Shown here: one piece after another, positions 17,653-26,471 of the stretch | How the letters are laid out: each line of letters begins with the position of its first letter | Position numbering within the stretch: the first letter of the stretch is position 1 | Origin: an uncultured Lentisphaeria bacterium | GTDB lineage: Bacteria; Verrucomicrobiota; Lentisphaeria; JABSQK01; JAJFLO01 | Direction of reading: 5' to 3' | DNA length: 32,000 bases | NCBI GenBank assembly: GCA_951812855.1 | Contig: OX638337.1 | Location: forward strand, 1,800,001-1,832,000 | Program-made: the position numbers and the translations under genes | The notes under the pieces: model-generated | What the model saw: only the letters and a program-made list of their open reading frames with translations | Databases searched by the model: none | What the model was told of the DNA's origin: nothing

Positions 17653-18960
17653 TTAGTTTCTAATAAATTCTGGAAACCATAAGGCGGTTTGGGGGAAATT
17701 GAAAATAATAATGAGTACAATAATTTGGATGATAATATACGGAATCACTCCTTTGTAAATATGGCGTGTCTTGATTTCCGGTGGTGCAACTCCTTTTAAA
17801 TAAAACAATGCAAATCCAAATGGCGGCGTTAAAAATGATGTTTGCAAATTCATAGCCATCAAGATCCCGAACCAAACAGGATCAATATTCATTTTTACCA
17901 GAATGGGTGCAATGACCGGAACAATTATGAAGGTTATCTCAATAAAGTCTATAAAGAATCCGGCTATAAAAACGACCGCCATTGTCAAGAGTAAAAATGC
18001 CATCGGACTTAATTTCGCTTTAACGATAATGTCCTTTATATAGGCATCACCGTCCATCCCCCTAAATACCAGACCAAGTGCGGTAGCTCCTGCCAGAATA
18101 ATGAATACCATACACGTTATATGGGTTGTTTCGGTCATAACGCTTTTTAGGGTCTTTACGTTCATTTTCCCCTTGATGATAGTCAATAGTGATGCACCTG
18201 AGGCACCAACTGCTGCTGCTTCAGTCGGGGAAGCTATTCCGGCAAAGATTGATCCCAAAACACATAGAATCAGTAGAAAAGGTGGTATGAACGCCTTTCC
18301 TAATTGCATAACCATTGCTTTTCCTTTAAATTTATCCAACTCATCATCCGGCATTGCCGGTACTAAATCAGGTCTTAAAAATGCTAATATAACGATCCAT
18401 AAAACATAAAGGGTTAAAAGGATTAAACTGGGAATTAATGCTGCCATAAATAAGTCCCCGACTGAGACGTTTAAGACGCTTCCCAGCAACACTAAAATAA
18501 TGCTCGGCGGTATAATCTGTCCCAATGTCCCGGAGGCTGAAATTGTTCCTGAAGCAACTTCTGGGTTGTATCCTCTTTTCAGCATTGTGGGCAGACTTAA
18601 AAGGCCCATTGTAACAACAGTGGCTCCCACGATACCGGTCGAGGCTGCCAGCAGGGTTCCTACTATGACAATTGAAATCGCCAGCCCGCCGTGCAGCTTA
18701 CCAAAAATCAATGCCATGGTTTCTAATAATTCCTCAGCAATTCCGGATCGTTCCAGCATAACACCCATATAGACAAATAATGGTACGGCGATCAGAACAT
18801 AATTATTCATAATCCCCCAAATACGCATAGGAAGAAGGGAAAAAAAATCCATTCCCACAGTGATTAACCCAAAAAAGATTGCGACACCCCCTAATGTGAA
18901 TGCAACCGGGTATCCGGCAATCAAAAAGATAACTAGTGTTAAAAATAAAAGTGCCGGCAT
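17653..18960 (-). CDS. dctM: TRAP transporter large permease subunit (DctM family), second system
   Basis: 435-aa polytopic ORF. MPALLFLTLVIFLIAGYPVAFTLGGVAIFFG... is a typical DctM N-terminus. Located 2 nt downstream of a dctQ-like gene. Confidence 0.9.
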   Translation of the reverse strand: MPALLFLTLVIFLIAGYPVAFTLGGVAIFFGLITVGMDFFSLLPMRIWGIMNNYVLIAVPLFVYMGVMLERSGIAEELLETMALIFGKLHGGLAISIVIVGTLLAASTGIVGATVVTMGLLSLPTMLKRGYNPEVASGTISASGTLGQIIPPSIILVLLGSVLNVSVGDLFMAALIPSLILLTLYVLWIVILAFLRPDLVPAMPDDELDKFKGKAMVMQLGKAFIPPFLLILCVLGSIFAGIASPTEAAAVGASGASLLTIIKGKMNVKTLKSVMTETTHITCMVFIILAGATALGLVFRGMDGDAYIKDIIVKAKLSPMAFLLLTMAVVFIAGFFIDFIEITFIIVPVIAPILVKMNIDPVWFGILMAMNLQTSFLTPPFGFALFYLKGVAPPEIKTRHIYKGVIPYIIIQIIVLIIIFNFPQTALWFPEFIRN

Positions 18961-18962
18961 AT

Positions 18963-19505
18963 TCAGAGAAAGATATCGTTTTGGTTTAAGTTCAAAATTG
19001 TTTGCAGCGATTGAACCAACATTGACAATGCTTGTAGGAAAAGCAGGAAAAATCCAGCGGGAATGGCTGCCTTGAGAATATAACGTGCAGGTAAACCGCC
19101 GGGATTGGGTGACGATTCTCTCAATTGGAACGAATTAATAACAAAATCATGGGATGCCCAAATAACTGCCAGAGAAAATGGGATGAGAAAGAGTAGCGTT
19201 CCCATCAAATTTATCCATGCTTTCTGTTTCGTAGACAGTCTTGAATATACGATATCGACACGAACATGTCGGTCATACTTTAATGAGTACGCAGCTCCCA
19301 GTAAAAATAACAATCCAAAAACATGCCACTGGAACTCTTGTATCCCGACATGGCTTTTCCCCAATATATAACGGCTGAAAACGTCGAAACAGACAACCAG
19401 AACCAACACCGATGTTAACCAGGATATGCCTTTACCAATTACCTCATTTAATTTATCAATGAGGATTCTTATAAAGTTTAGGAATTTCATTATGGATTTT
19501 TGCAA
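18963..19505 (-). CDS. dctQ: TRAP transporter small permease subunit (DctQ family), second system
   Basis: 180 aa with four hydrophobic segments. Contains HVRVDIVY (DctQ-like H-x-x-x-D). Immediately upstream of dctM. Confidence 0.8.
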   Translation of the reverse strand: MQKSIMKFLNFIRILIDKLNEVIGKGISWLTSVLVLVVCFDVFSRYILGKSHVGIQEFQWHVFGLLFLLGAAYSLKYDRHVRVDIVYSRLSTKQKAWINLMGTLLFLIPFSLAVIWASHDFVINSFQLRESSPNPGGLPARYILKAAIPAGFFLLFLQALSMLVQSLQTILNLNQNDIFL

Positions 19506-19692
19506 TTATTTAATTACCGTATTTAGTCCCGTTATTGTCAAGATTCAGTATACATGAATTCATTATGTCAGGATTTTCAAATCTCTGGATTCGTTTGATG
19601 AACTTTTGGAGTTTGCGTAATAATGGATGTGGAGATTTATGTCAATTTTGAATTCGCTAATAATATTTAACTTTAACTGGAGCGATTATATT

Positions 19693-20565
19693 ATGAAAGG
19701 AATTATACTGGCCGGAGGTTCGGGAACACGACTTTATCCTATTACAAAAGCTGTAAGTAAACAATTACTCCCTGTCTACGACAAACCGATGATTTATTAT
19801 CCGTTAACCGTACTGATGCTTGCCGGGATACAGGATATTTTGATCATATCCACTCCAACAGATTTGCCGTGTTACAAGCAGCTATTTAAGGGGAGTGATG
19901 GAATGGGAATTAGTCTTTGCTATGCAGAACAACCGAGTCCGGACGGGCTTGTACAGGCATTTATTATTGGTGAAGAATTTATTGGTGATTCTTCGGTATC
20001 GCTCATATTGGGTGACAATATATTTTATGGAGATGGATTAACAAAAATGCTTCAGAATACAGCAAATATGGAAACGGGGGCAACTGTATTTGCTTACCAT
20101 GTGAAAGATCCTCAGAGGTATGGAGTTGTTGAATTCGATAGTAATCAACGGGCAGTCAGCCTTGAGGAAAAACCGGTTAATCCAAAATCTAATTATGCAG
20201 TGACCGGACTTTATTTCTATGATAACCAAGTTGTTGAGTTTGCAAAAAAATTAAAACCATCTGCCAGAGGAGAGTTGGAAATCACAGACCTCAATCGGTT
20301 ATATTTAAACCAGAATCAGTTAAACGTTGAAATCCTTTACAGAGGAATGGTATGGTTGGATACCGGAACTCACAGCTCTCTTCAAGAAGCATCAACTTAT
20401 ATTGAGGCTGTTGAAAAACGGCAGGGTCTGAAAATTTCGTGTATAGAGGAAGTTGCGTATCGGATGGGATATATTGATTCTGATAAACTGGCAGAATTAG
20501 CCAGTCATCTCGGGAAAAACGAGTATAGTGACTATTTATATGATATTGCCAGATATCCCGCGTGA
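19693..20565 (+). CDS. rfbA: Glucose-1-phosphate thymidylyltransferase
   Basis: [38 protein letters not shown]... is the canonical RmlA N-terminus. ATG at 19693 has GGAG about 10 nt upstream. The 22-codon upstream extension in the ORF track is not RmlA-like. Confidence 0.93.
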   Translation: MKGIILAGGSGTRLYPITKAVSKQLLPVYDKPMIYYPLTVLMLAGIQDILIISTPTDLPCYKQLFKGSDGMGISLCYAEQPSPDGLVQAFIIGEEFIGDSSVSLILGDNIFYGDGLTKMLQNTANMETGATVFAYHVKDPQRYGVVEFDSNQRAVSLEEKPVNPKSNYAVTGLYFYDNQVVEFAKKLKPSARGELEITDLNRLYLNQNQLNVEILYRGMVWLDTGTHSSLQEASTYIEAVEKRQGLKISCIEEVAYRMGYIDSDKLAELASHLGKNEYSDYLYDIARYPA

Positions 20566-20717
20566 ATTGATCGCGTTTGAAAAATCCTGCTAAATTTACT
20601 TAGGCATAAAAAAGGGTTTATTATTAAAGATTGTCGAATGCCTATGAACAAAAGCGTTTGAATCTATTTTTACTGTTTTATCGCATGATTAGCGGGAAAA
20701 ATTTATTTGTTATTGCT

Positions 20718-21269
20718 ATGAATATTATAAAAACACAGATACCTGATCTATTAGTTCTGGAGCCTGAGATAGTTACAGATGATCGCGGGTTTTTTATGGA
20801 GACATTCCAAAGTAAACGCTATGAAGAATGTGGAATTAATTGTCCATTTGTTCAGGACAATATATCAGAGTCAATACAGGGGACACTCAGGGGATTGCAT
20901 TATCAGTATCCACATAGTCAGGGTAAACTGGTGCAGGTTATTTCCGGCAGTGTATTTGATGTGGCGGTAGATATTCGAAGAGGCTCGCCTTCATACGGGA
21001 AGTGGTTTGGCACAGAAATTTCTGCTGAAAATAAACGACAGCTCTGGCTGCCTTCAGGGTGTGCCCATGGGTTCTGTGTGATATCGGGGACCGCTTTATT
21101 TAGTTATAAGTGTACCGATTTTTACAACCCGAAGACGGAACATACCATTATTTGGAATGATGAAGAAATCGGGATAGACTGGCCTGTTTCCGAACCGGTT
21201 ATTTCGTCAAAGGACGCAAACGGAATAAAGCTGAAAAATATGCCACTGGAAAATTTCCCAACTCTTTAA
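20718..21269 (+). CDS. rfbC: dTDP-4-dehydrorhamnose 3,5-epimerase
   Basis: From ATG 20718: MNIIKTQIPDLLVLEPEIVTDDRGFFMETF...LRGLHYQ...GKLVQVISGSVFDVAVDIRRGSPSYGKW matches RmlC cupin motifs. The upstream 29 codons in the ORF track are unlike RmlC. Confidence 0.92.
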   Translation: MNIIKTQIPDLLVLEPEIVTDDRGFFMETFQSKRYEECGINCPFVQDNISESIQGTLRGLHYQYPHSQGKLVQVISGSVFDVAVDIRRGSPSYGKWFGTEISAENKRQLWLPSGCAHGFCVISGTALFSYKCTDFYNPKTEHTIIWNDEEIGIDWPVSEPVISSKDANGIKLKNMPLENFPTL

Positions 21270-21504
21270 GACCTTCGATAATCACAAAAAATAACCTGCC
21301 AATTCGTAATTGTTTAAAACAAAAAAAGCAGGTTGAAGGGTTTCTGGGATTTGATGAGATTTAGTAATCTCAATGCAATTTATTAACAGAGGTTCATTCC
21401 TGCTGTGTCGACGTTGGTTAAACATGCTGTTTAGTATTTAATGAGGAATCGTTATTATCCAGGAGATGAATCTTTTAATATGGCATGTTACTAATGATCT
21501 TTTA

Positions 21505-22560
21505 TTCGTGCGATTTGTGTAAAACACTATTTGGCAGGATAGACAGGGAATAATCTTCATATTTAACTGTTTTGATTACTACTTACGCTCTCGTTTCCCG
21601 TCGCTATCTTTCTTATTTTTCTCCGACTTTTCGACACTGAGTTCATGTCTGGCTTCAGCAGAAATGTATAGTCAAGGTGTCTCGACGCGAAAAGTAACCC
21701 GGATTATAGAATCATTATGCGGAACTCAGGTCAGCAGCTCCCGGGTCAGCCGTGCCACAGCACTGCTGAATGATGAATTAGAGAAGTGGTGCTGCAGAAC
21801 TCTTTCAGAAACCGCCTATTTAATCCTTGATGCACGCGATGAAAAAGTTCGTCAAGACGGATATGTACGGTCATGTGATGTCCTTATTGCCATCGGTATG
21901 AATACCGGGGGGAAACGATCTATTTCCGGTGTAAGCGTATCTCTTTAGTGAAGCATAAGTCCATTGGCGAGATTTTCTCCGATCCTTGAAAAAACGGGGT
22001 TTATCAGGGATCAAAATGATAACGACTGATGACCATGAAGGACTTAAATCAGCATTAAAAACATGCTTCCCCTGAGTCCCCGGCAACGCTGCCAGGTTCA
22101 CCTTCAGTGCAATGCCACGGCTTACGTATCGAGGAAAGAAATGCACAGTGAGGTTGCCCAGAATATTCGGGATATCTTCAATGCTCCCTTGATAAAGGAA
22201 GCTGAGCGATTACTCGAAATCAGTATCGGAAAATAGGAACAAAAAGCATCAAAACCGGCAGCCTTGATGCACGATAATATTCAGGACGGCTTCTCTGTAT
22301 ATCAGTTGCCCGGATATCACCATAGACGATGACGTACCGCTACTAATATGTCAGAAAACATAAATAAACAATTAAAGCGACGAACACACGTCGCATAACT
22401 CTTCCCAAACGAGGCATCACTGCTCAGATTTGCAAGTACTATTTTGATCGGAATCAGTGACCAACGGGACGCTGGAAAACGGGACCTGAAAATGGATGAT
22501 TAATGACCTGCGATGATCAAATTACAGAAAAAAATTTGCATTACCGGTTAATGTTGAACA
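21505..22560 (+). mobile_element. Remnant of an IS256/Mutator-family insertion sequence (ends not defined)
   Basis: Encloses the decayed transposase gene. Locally G+C-rich by hand count: 34 G+C in 21721-21780 versus 17 in 22921-22980. A TTGTGTAAAA string at 21515-21524 recalls, from memory, the inner part of the IS256 terminal repeat. I could not pair it convincingly with the right side (22522-22545), and no target duplication was identified. Confidence 0.4.
21560..22503 (+). pseudogene. IS256/Mutator-family transposase pseudogene (5'-truncated, several premature stops and frameshifts)
   Basis: Piecewise translation gives:
- ...LSYFSPTF... (about 21590)
- a frameshift, then AEMYSQGVSTRKVTRIIESLCGTQVSSSRVSRATALLNDELEKW...LILDARDEKVRQDGYVRSCDVLIAIGMNTGGKRSISGVSVSL, then TAG TGA (21946-21951)
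- a frameshift, then SEA* VHWRDFLRSLKKRGLSGIKMITTDDHEGLKSALKTCFP*
- a frameshift, then PRQRCQVHLQCNATAYVSRK...GK*...HHRR*RTATNMSENINKQLKRRTHVA*LFPNEASLLRF...
The conserved Mutator-family blocks are recognisable (GVSTRKV, DxxYxKVR, SDDHxGL, WQRCxVH, TNxxExxNxxxKRRT), but the gene is not translatable. Confidence 0.85.
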
Positions 22561-22899
22561 GGAATAATGTGTAGAATCAATTTGATATAACGCTTGATAT
22601 GTAAGAAAGCCGCAAAAAGTGTACGAATAAAGGTCATGGTCTATTAAACAGACTGTTGACCATTATAAATCTTAATTAAAAATTGTATAATCTAAAGCGA
22701 GTTCTAATCGCTCTCTCTCTTTTAGATAGATCGTGCAAGGTTATGTCAATTACCCCGGGTGGGGATTCGTTGATAATGTGATAGTGCTCAACGTAAAAAA
22801 GTAAAGATTGATCTGATGGTATATTACGTTTCGATGTATATTCTTTAATACCCCGTTGAAATAGGTTGGTGATTGTTTAAAATCGATGAAATTGACTTT

Positions 22900-25134
22900 A
22901 TGAAAATTATTAACTCTTTATGTGGTATGAAGATAATAAAAAATTGTGTTGCATCGATTGCATTAATACTAATCGTTTGTCTGACTTACAGGAATGTTGT
23001 TAACTATCCATTTACAAATTGGGATGATATAAAATATATCAGTCAAAACCCTGTACTTAAGAAGCTGAATGTTAATAATGTTGTCCGTATATTCACGCCG
23101 GGAGCCATTCCGGATGAGGTGATTTATATACCCTTTACCTACCTTTCGTTTTTGATTGAAAGGTCATTGTTCGGGCAAGAACCAACAATTGTTCACCGAA
23201 CTAATTTGATATTACATGTTTTCAATGTGCTGCTGGTTTTTAAATTGCTGTCTACAATTGGAAGAAATGATCATTTGGCTGGAATCGGAGCCTTAATATT
23301 TGCAATTCATCCCATACAGGTTGAAGCTGTGGCATGGTGTATGGGGAGGAAAGATCTTTTATCATCATTTTTTGCATTGTTAGCGATATTAGCATTTTAT
23401 CAGTATGCCCGGGATGGTTGTAAAAAGTATTATGTGGTTTCTGTCATATTGTTTGTATTTGGATTGTTATCAAAACCATCGTTAATTACGCTGCCGCTAA
23501 TTTTTTTGTTAGTTCACGTTTATGTTCATAAATCATTTAAGATTAATGAATTGTGGAAATTGGCTCCATTTGTTGTTCTTTCGATTCTTTGCTTATGGAT
23601 GAATCAAATGGCGATTGATCATCATAGTCGTGTGATGTTACCATTAAAATTTCGGATTATGTGTATTTCATTAGTGATTTTTGGATGGGGTAAACGAATG
23701 TTGCTTTTGGAGAAACCGGAACTGTTTTATTGTTGGCCGGAAGCAGTCAATAATTTACCAATGTTACATTTGGGAATTTGTTTTCTAATCGCTATTTTTG
23801 TGATTTTATTGTACTTTCAATTAAAAAAACAGAACTCACTCAATGAGATACAATTCGGTTTGATTTTTTTCATTATCGCGTTTTTGCCGGCGGCCGGCGT
23901 TGTAATTGAGACGCGTGAATTTATGACTGCTGACAGATATGGATATTTTCCGGTTATTGGCATTTTGATTTCATGTGTTTGTATTTTGGCAGTAAACCGT
24001 AACCGATTATTGAAACAAATGATACTTATTATATTGAGTGGCTGGATTCTATACGGATTTTTTGTTACAAAATCTCAAATCAGACTGTGGCAAAACAGCA
24101 TATCAATTTGGAGTCATATTATTGAAAAATGTCCGAACTTATTAACCGCCTATAATAATTTAGGGATGGCTTATATTAATGGGGGCAAAACTGAGAAAGG
24201 GATCGCTGTTTTTAAACAGGGACTTAACGCTGATCCTTCCTACATTAATTTCTATAATAACCTTGGTAAAATTTACTTTGAATCCGGGAAATTAGAGGAA
24301 GCAAAATCATTATTACTTAGAGGGCTGGGTTTAGATCCTGAAAATGGTCGAACGTTAAAAAATTTAGGCGATGTCTATCGAAATTTGGGAGATTTTGACC
24401 ATGCTGAACGGTATTATAAAAATGCTGTCACAGCAAATAAGGATTATATCTCAGCATATTTAGTTTTAGGAGATTTGTATTTGAAACAGAAAAGATATGC
24501 AGAGGCAGAAGCAATGTTTCTAAATGTTGCTGACCGTGATCCTGAAAATCCCAGTGTTTATTATAATTTAGCACTTATTTATGAATCCAAGGGACACATC
24601 GAGGATGCCATTTCCTACTATCAGGCAGCGATTGATTTAAACCCTCGTTATTGGGAAACACACTATAACCTGGGGAACCTATATTTTGCCAATGGTTCTT
24701 ATCATCACGCTGAAGAAGAGTATTTAAATACTGTGGCTCTTAATCAGAGTTTCATTCAGGCACAAATAAATTTAGGGAGCGTTTATTTACATTTAAATCA
24801 ATTAGATAAAGCAGAGAGTGTATATTTGGGTGCGTTACAAATTGATTCGAATCAAAGAGTTGGTATTCATTATAACTTAGGACTTCTATATCTAAAGAAA
24901 AATGAGTTAAACAGTGCTATTATGCATTTACAGAATTCTCTTCTTTTTGATGACAATTTTGGTGCAGGTCATTACCAATTGGCCAAGGTATACTGGCACA
25001 TCGGAAAGTATGAAGACGCATTTATACATTGTACTAAAGCAGCCGGGGCGGGAATAATTGTTGATAGACATTTTTTGATTGAATTATCCCAAAAACAAGA
25101 GCCCGGCTATAAAGGAAAAACTATAAAACAATAA
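22900..25134 (+). CDS. TMTC-like GT-C family glycosyltransferase (polytopic N-terminal domain) fused to nine C-terminal TPR repeats
   Basis: N-terminal motifs are shared with TMTC-type O-mannosyltransferases: PFTNWDDIKYISQNP (acidic DD loop after TM1), ...HRTNLILHVFNVLLVF..., AIHPIQVEAVAWCMGRKDLLSSFFALLA. About 10 hydrophobic segments follow. From about nt 24140 there are nine tandem 34-aa TPRs (for example AYNNLGMAYINGGKTEKGIAVFKQGLNADPSY, VYYNLALIYESKGHIEDAISYYQAAIDLNPRY). The ORF track starts at TTG 22873. ATG 22900 or ATG 22927 is more likely. Confidence 0.8.
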   Translation: MKIINSLCGMKIIKNCVASIALILIVCLTYRNVVNYPFTNWDDIKYISQNPVLKKLNVNNVVRIFTPGAIPDEVIYIPFTYLSFLIERSLFGQEPTIVHRTNLILHVFNVLLVFKLLSTIGRNDHLAGIGALIFAIHPIQVEAVAWCMGRKDLLSSFFALLAILAFYQYARDGCKKYYVVSVILFVFGLLSKPSLITLPLIFLLVHVYVHKSFKINELWKLAPFVVLSILCLWMNQMAIDHHSRVMLPLKFRIMCISLVIFGWGKRMLLLEKPELFYCWPEAVNNLPMLHLGICFLIAIFVILLYFQLKKQNSLNEIQFGLIFFIIAFLPAAGVVIETREFMTADRYGYFPVIGILISCVCILAVNRNRLLKQMILIILSGWILYGFFVTKSQIRLWQNSISIWSHIIEKCPNLLTAYNNLGMAYINGGKTEKGIAVFKQGLNADPSYINFYNNLGKIYFESGKLEEAKSLLLRGLGLDPENGRTLKNLGDVYRNLGDFDHAERYYKNAVTANKDYISAYLVLGDLYLKQKRYAEAEAMFLNVADRDPENPSVYYNLALIYESKGHIEDAISYYQAAIDLNPRYWETHYNLGNLYFANGSYHHAEEEYLNTVALNQSFIQAQINLGSVYLHLNQLDKAESVYLGALQIDSNQRVGIHYNLGLLYLKKNELNSAIMHLQNSLLFDDNFGAGHYQLAKVYWHIGKYEDAFIHCTKAAGAGIIVDRHFLIELSQKQEPGYKGKTIKQ

Positions 25135-25146
25135 GGTTAATAGGTA

Positions 25147-26403
25147 ATGGATTATAAGTATGAGCTTGATATTATAGCGAAGAATTCAAAAACCGCATTC
25201 ACGCCGTTAAGTATTGCGTCATCAGATGAAAAAAATCACTGTTTGGCTTTGATTTCTGCACAGCTTATTAAGGATCAGAAAAAAATTCTTGAAGCGAATA
25301 AAATAGATATCGACAATGGTAAAAAAAATAATCTGAACAGTGCAATGTTCGACCGGTTAAAACTAACGTCTGAACGGCTTGAAGACATTGCCAAAGGTGT
25401 TGACGATATAATTCTATTAGATGACCCGGTTGGTAAGATCGATGGAGAATTTAAGTTGTATAATGGGTTGCTTGTTAAGAAAGTTCAGGTTGCACTTGGG
25501 GTAATTGGAATTATTTATGAATCGAGACCTGATGTTACTGTTGATGCTGCTGCATTATGCTTAAAAGCAGGCAATGCAGTGATACTGCGCGGCGGATCAG
25601 AATCGATTCATTCCAACAAGGCTTTAGCAGAATCAATGGCTGTCGCCATTAGACAAAGCAATTTAAGTGAATTTTCTATTCAATTGCTGCCATGGACAAA
25701 TCGTGAAGCTGTATCGTGCCTGCTAAAGCTGAATCAATATGTTGATTTAATCATACCCAGAGGCGGCGAAGGGTTAATAAAGTTTGTTTCCGAAAATGCA
25801 ACTGTTCCCGTAATAAAACACTATAAAGGTGTATGTCACATTTTTGTCGATAAAGATGCGGAATTAAATATGGCACTATCTATTGTGGAAAATGCTAAAT
25901 GCCAGCGTCCCGGAGTATGCAATGCGGTCGAAACTGTTTTAATTCATAAGGAAATTGCTGACAGGTTAATAAAACCCCTCGCACAAAACCTGACTCACAA
26001 GGGGGTAGAACTGCGTGGTGATGAGACGTTTTGCTCTTATTTTCCGGAAGCGACACCTGCGACTGAAGATGATTGGCATGAGGAGTATTTAGACAAAATC
26101 CTTTCATTTCGAATTGTCGAAAATAGTGATGAAGCCATCGCCCATATCGGAATGTACGGTTCCGCACACAGTGATGCGATCATTAGTAAAAATCAACAGA
26201 CCTGCGATAAGTTTTTACGGGAAGTTGATTCCGCTGTTGTGTATGTTAATGCGTCAACACGATTCACTGATGGAGGTCAGTTTGGTATGGGAGCTGAAAT
26301 TGGTATAAGTACCGATCGTATACACGCGCGGGGGCCAATGGGACTTAATGAACTGACAACTTATAAATATAATGTTACAGGGAATGGACAAATTCGGAAG
26401 TGA
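25147..26403 (+). CDS. proA: Gamma-glutamyl phosphate reductase
   Basis: 418 aa. GVIGIIYESRPDVTVDAAALCLKAGNAVILRGGSE, the catalytic-Cys region CNAVETVLIH, and HSDAIIS...ASTRFTDGGQFG are canonical ProA blocks. ATG lies 12 nt after the preceding stop. Confidence 0.95.
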   Translation: MDYKYELDIIAKNSKTAFTPLSIASSDEKNHCLALISAQLIKDQKKILEANKIDIDNGKKNNLNSAMFDRLKLTSERLEDIAKGVDDIILLDDPVGKIDGEFKLYNGLLVKKVQVALGVIGIIYESRPDVTVDAAALCLKAGNAVILRGGSESIHSNKALAESMAVAIRQSNLSEFSIQLLPWTNREAVSCLLKLNQYVDLIIPRGGEGLIKFVSENATVPVIKHYKGVCHIFVDKDAELNMALSIVENAKCQRPGVCNAVETVLIHKEIADRLIKPLAQNLTHKGVELRGDETFCSYFPEATPATEDDWHEEYLDKILSFRIVENSDEAIAHIGMYGSAHSDAIISKNQQTCDKFLREVDSAVVYVNASTRFTDGGQFGMGAEIGISTDRIHARGPMGLNELTTYKYNVTGNGQIRK

Positions 26404-26471
26404 TTAACCCATTACGTATATCTATGATGCATAATAATCTTGGTAACTGAAAATCTTATTAAAGTGATAGA

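Noticed and set aside
19554-19563. 10-bp perfect palindrome ATGAATTCAT in the dctQ/rfbA divergent region
   Set aside because: It is short, A/T-rich and contains an EcoRI-type core. It is expected by chance at this length, and there is no second copy or flanking symmetry.
21664-22146. 94-aa (+) and 91-aa (-) ORFs as independent genes
   Set aside because: The 94-aa ORF is just the longest intact fragment of the decayed IS256-family transposase. The 91-aa ORF is antisense to that pseudogene.
21515-22545. Candidate terminal inverted repeats of the IS remnant: TTGTGTAAAA at 21515-21524 versus the reverse complement of 22522-22545
   Set aside because: There is only a loose, gapped resemblance between the two ends, no identifiable target-site duplication, and the 5' part of the element is deleted. 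The boundaries cannot be supported from sequence alone.
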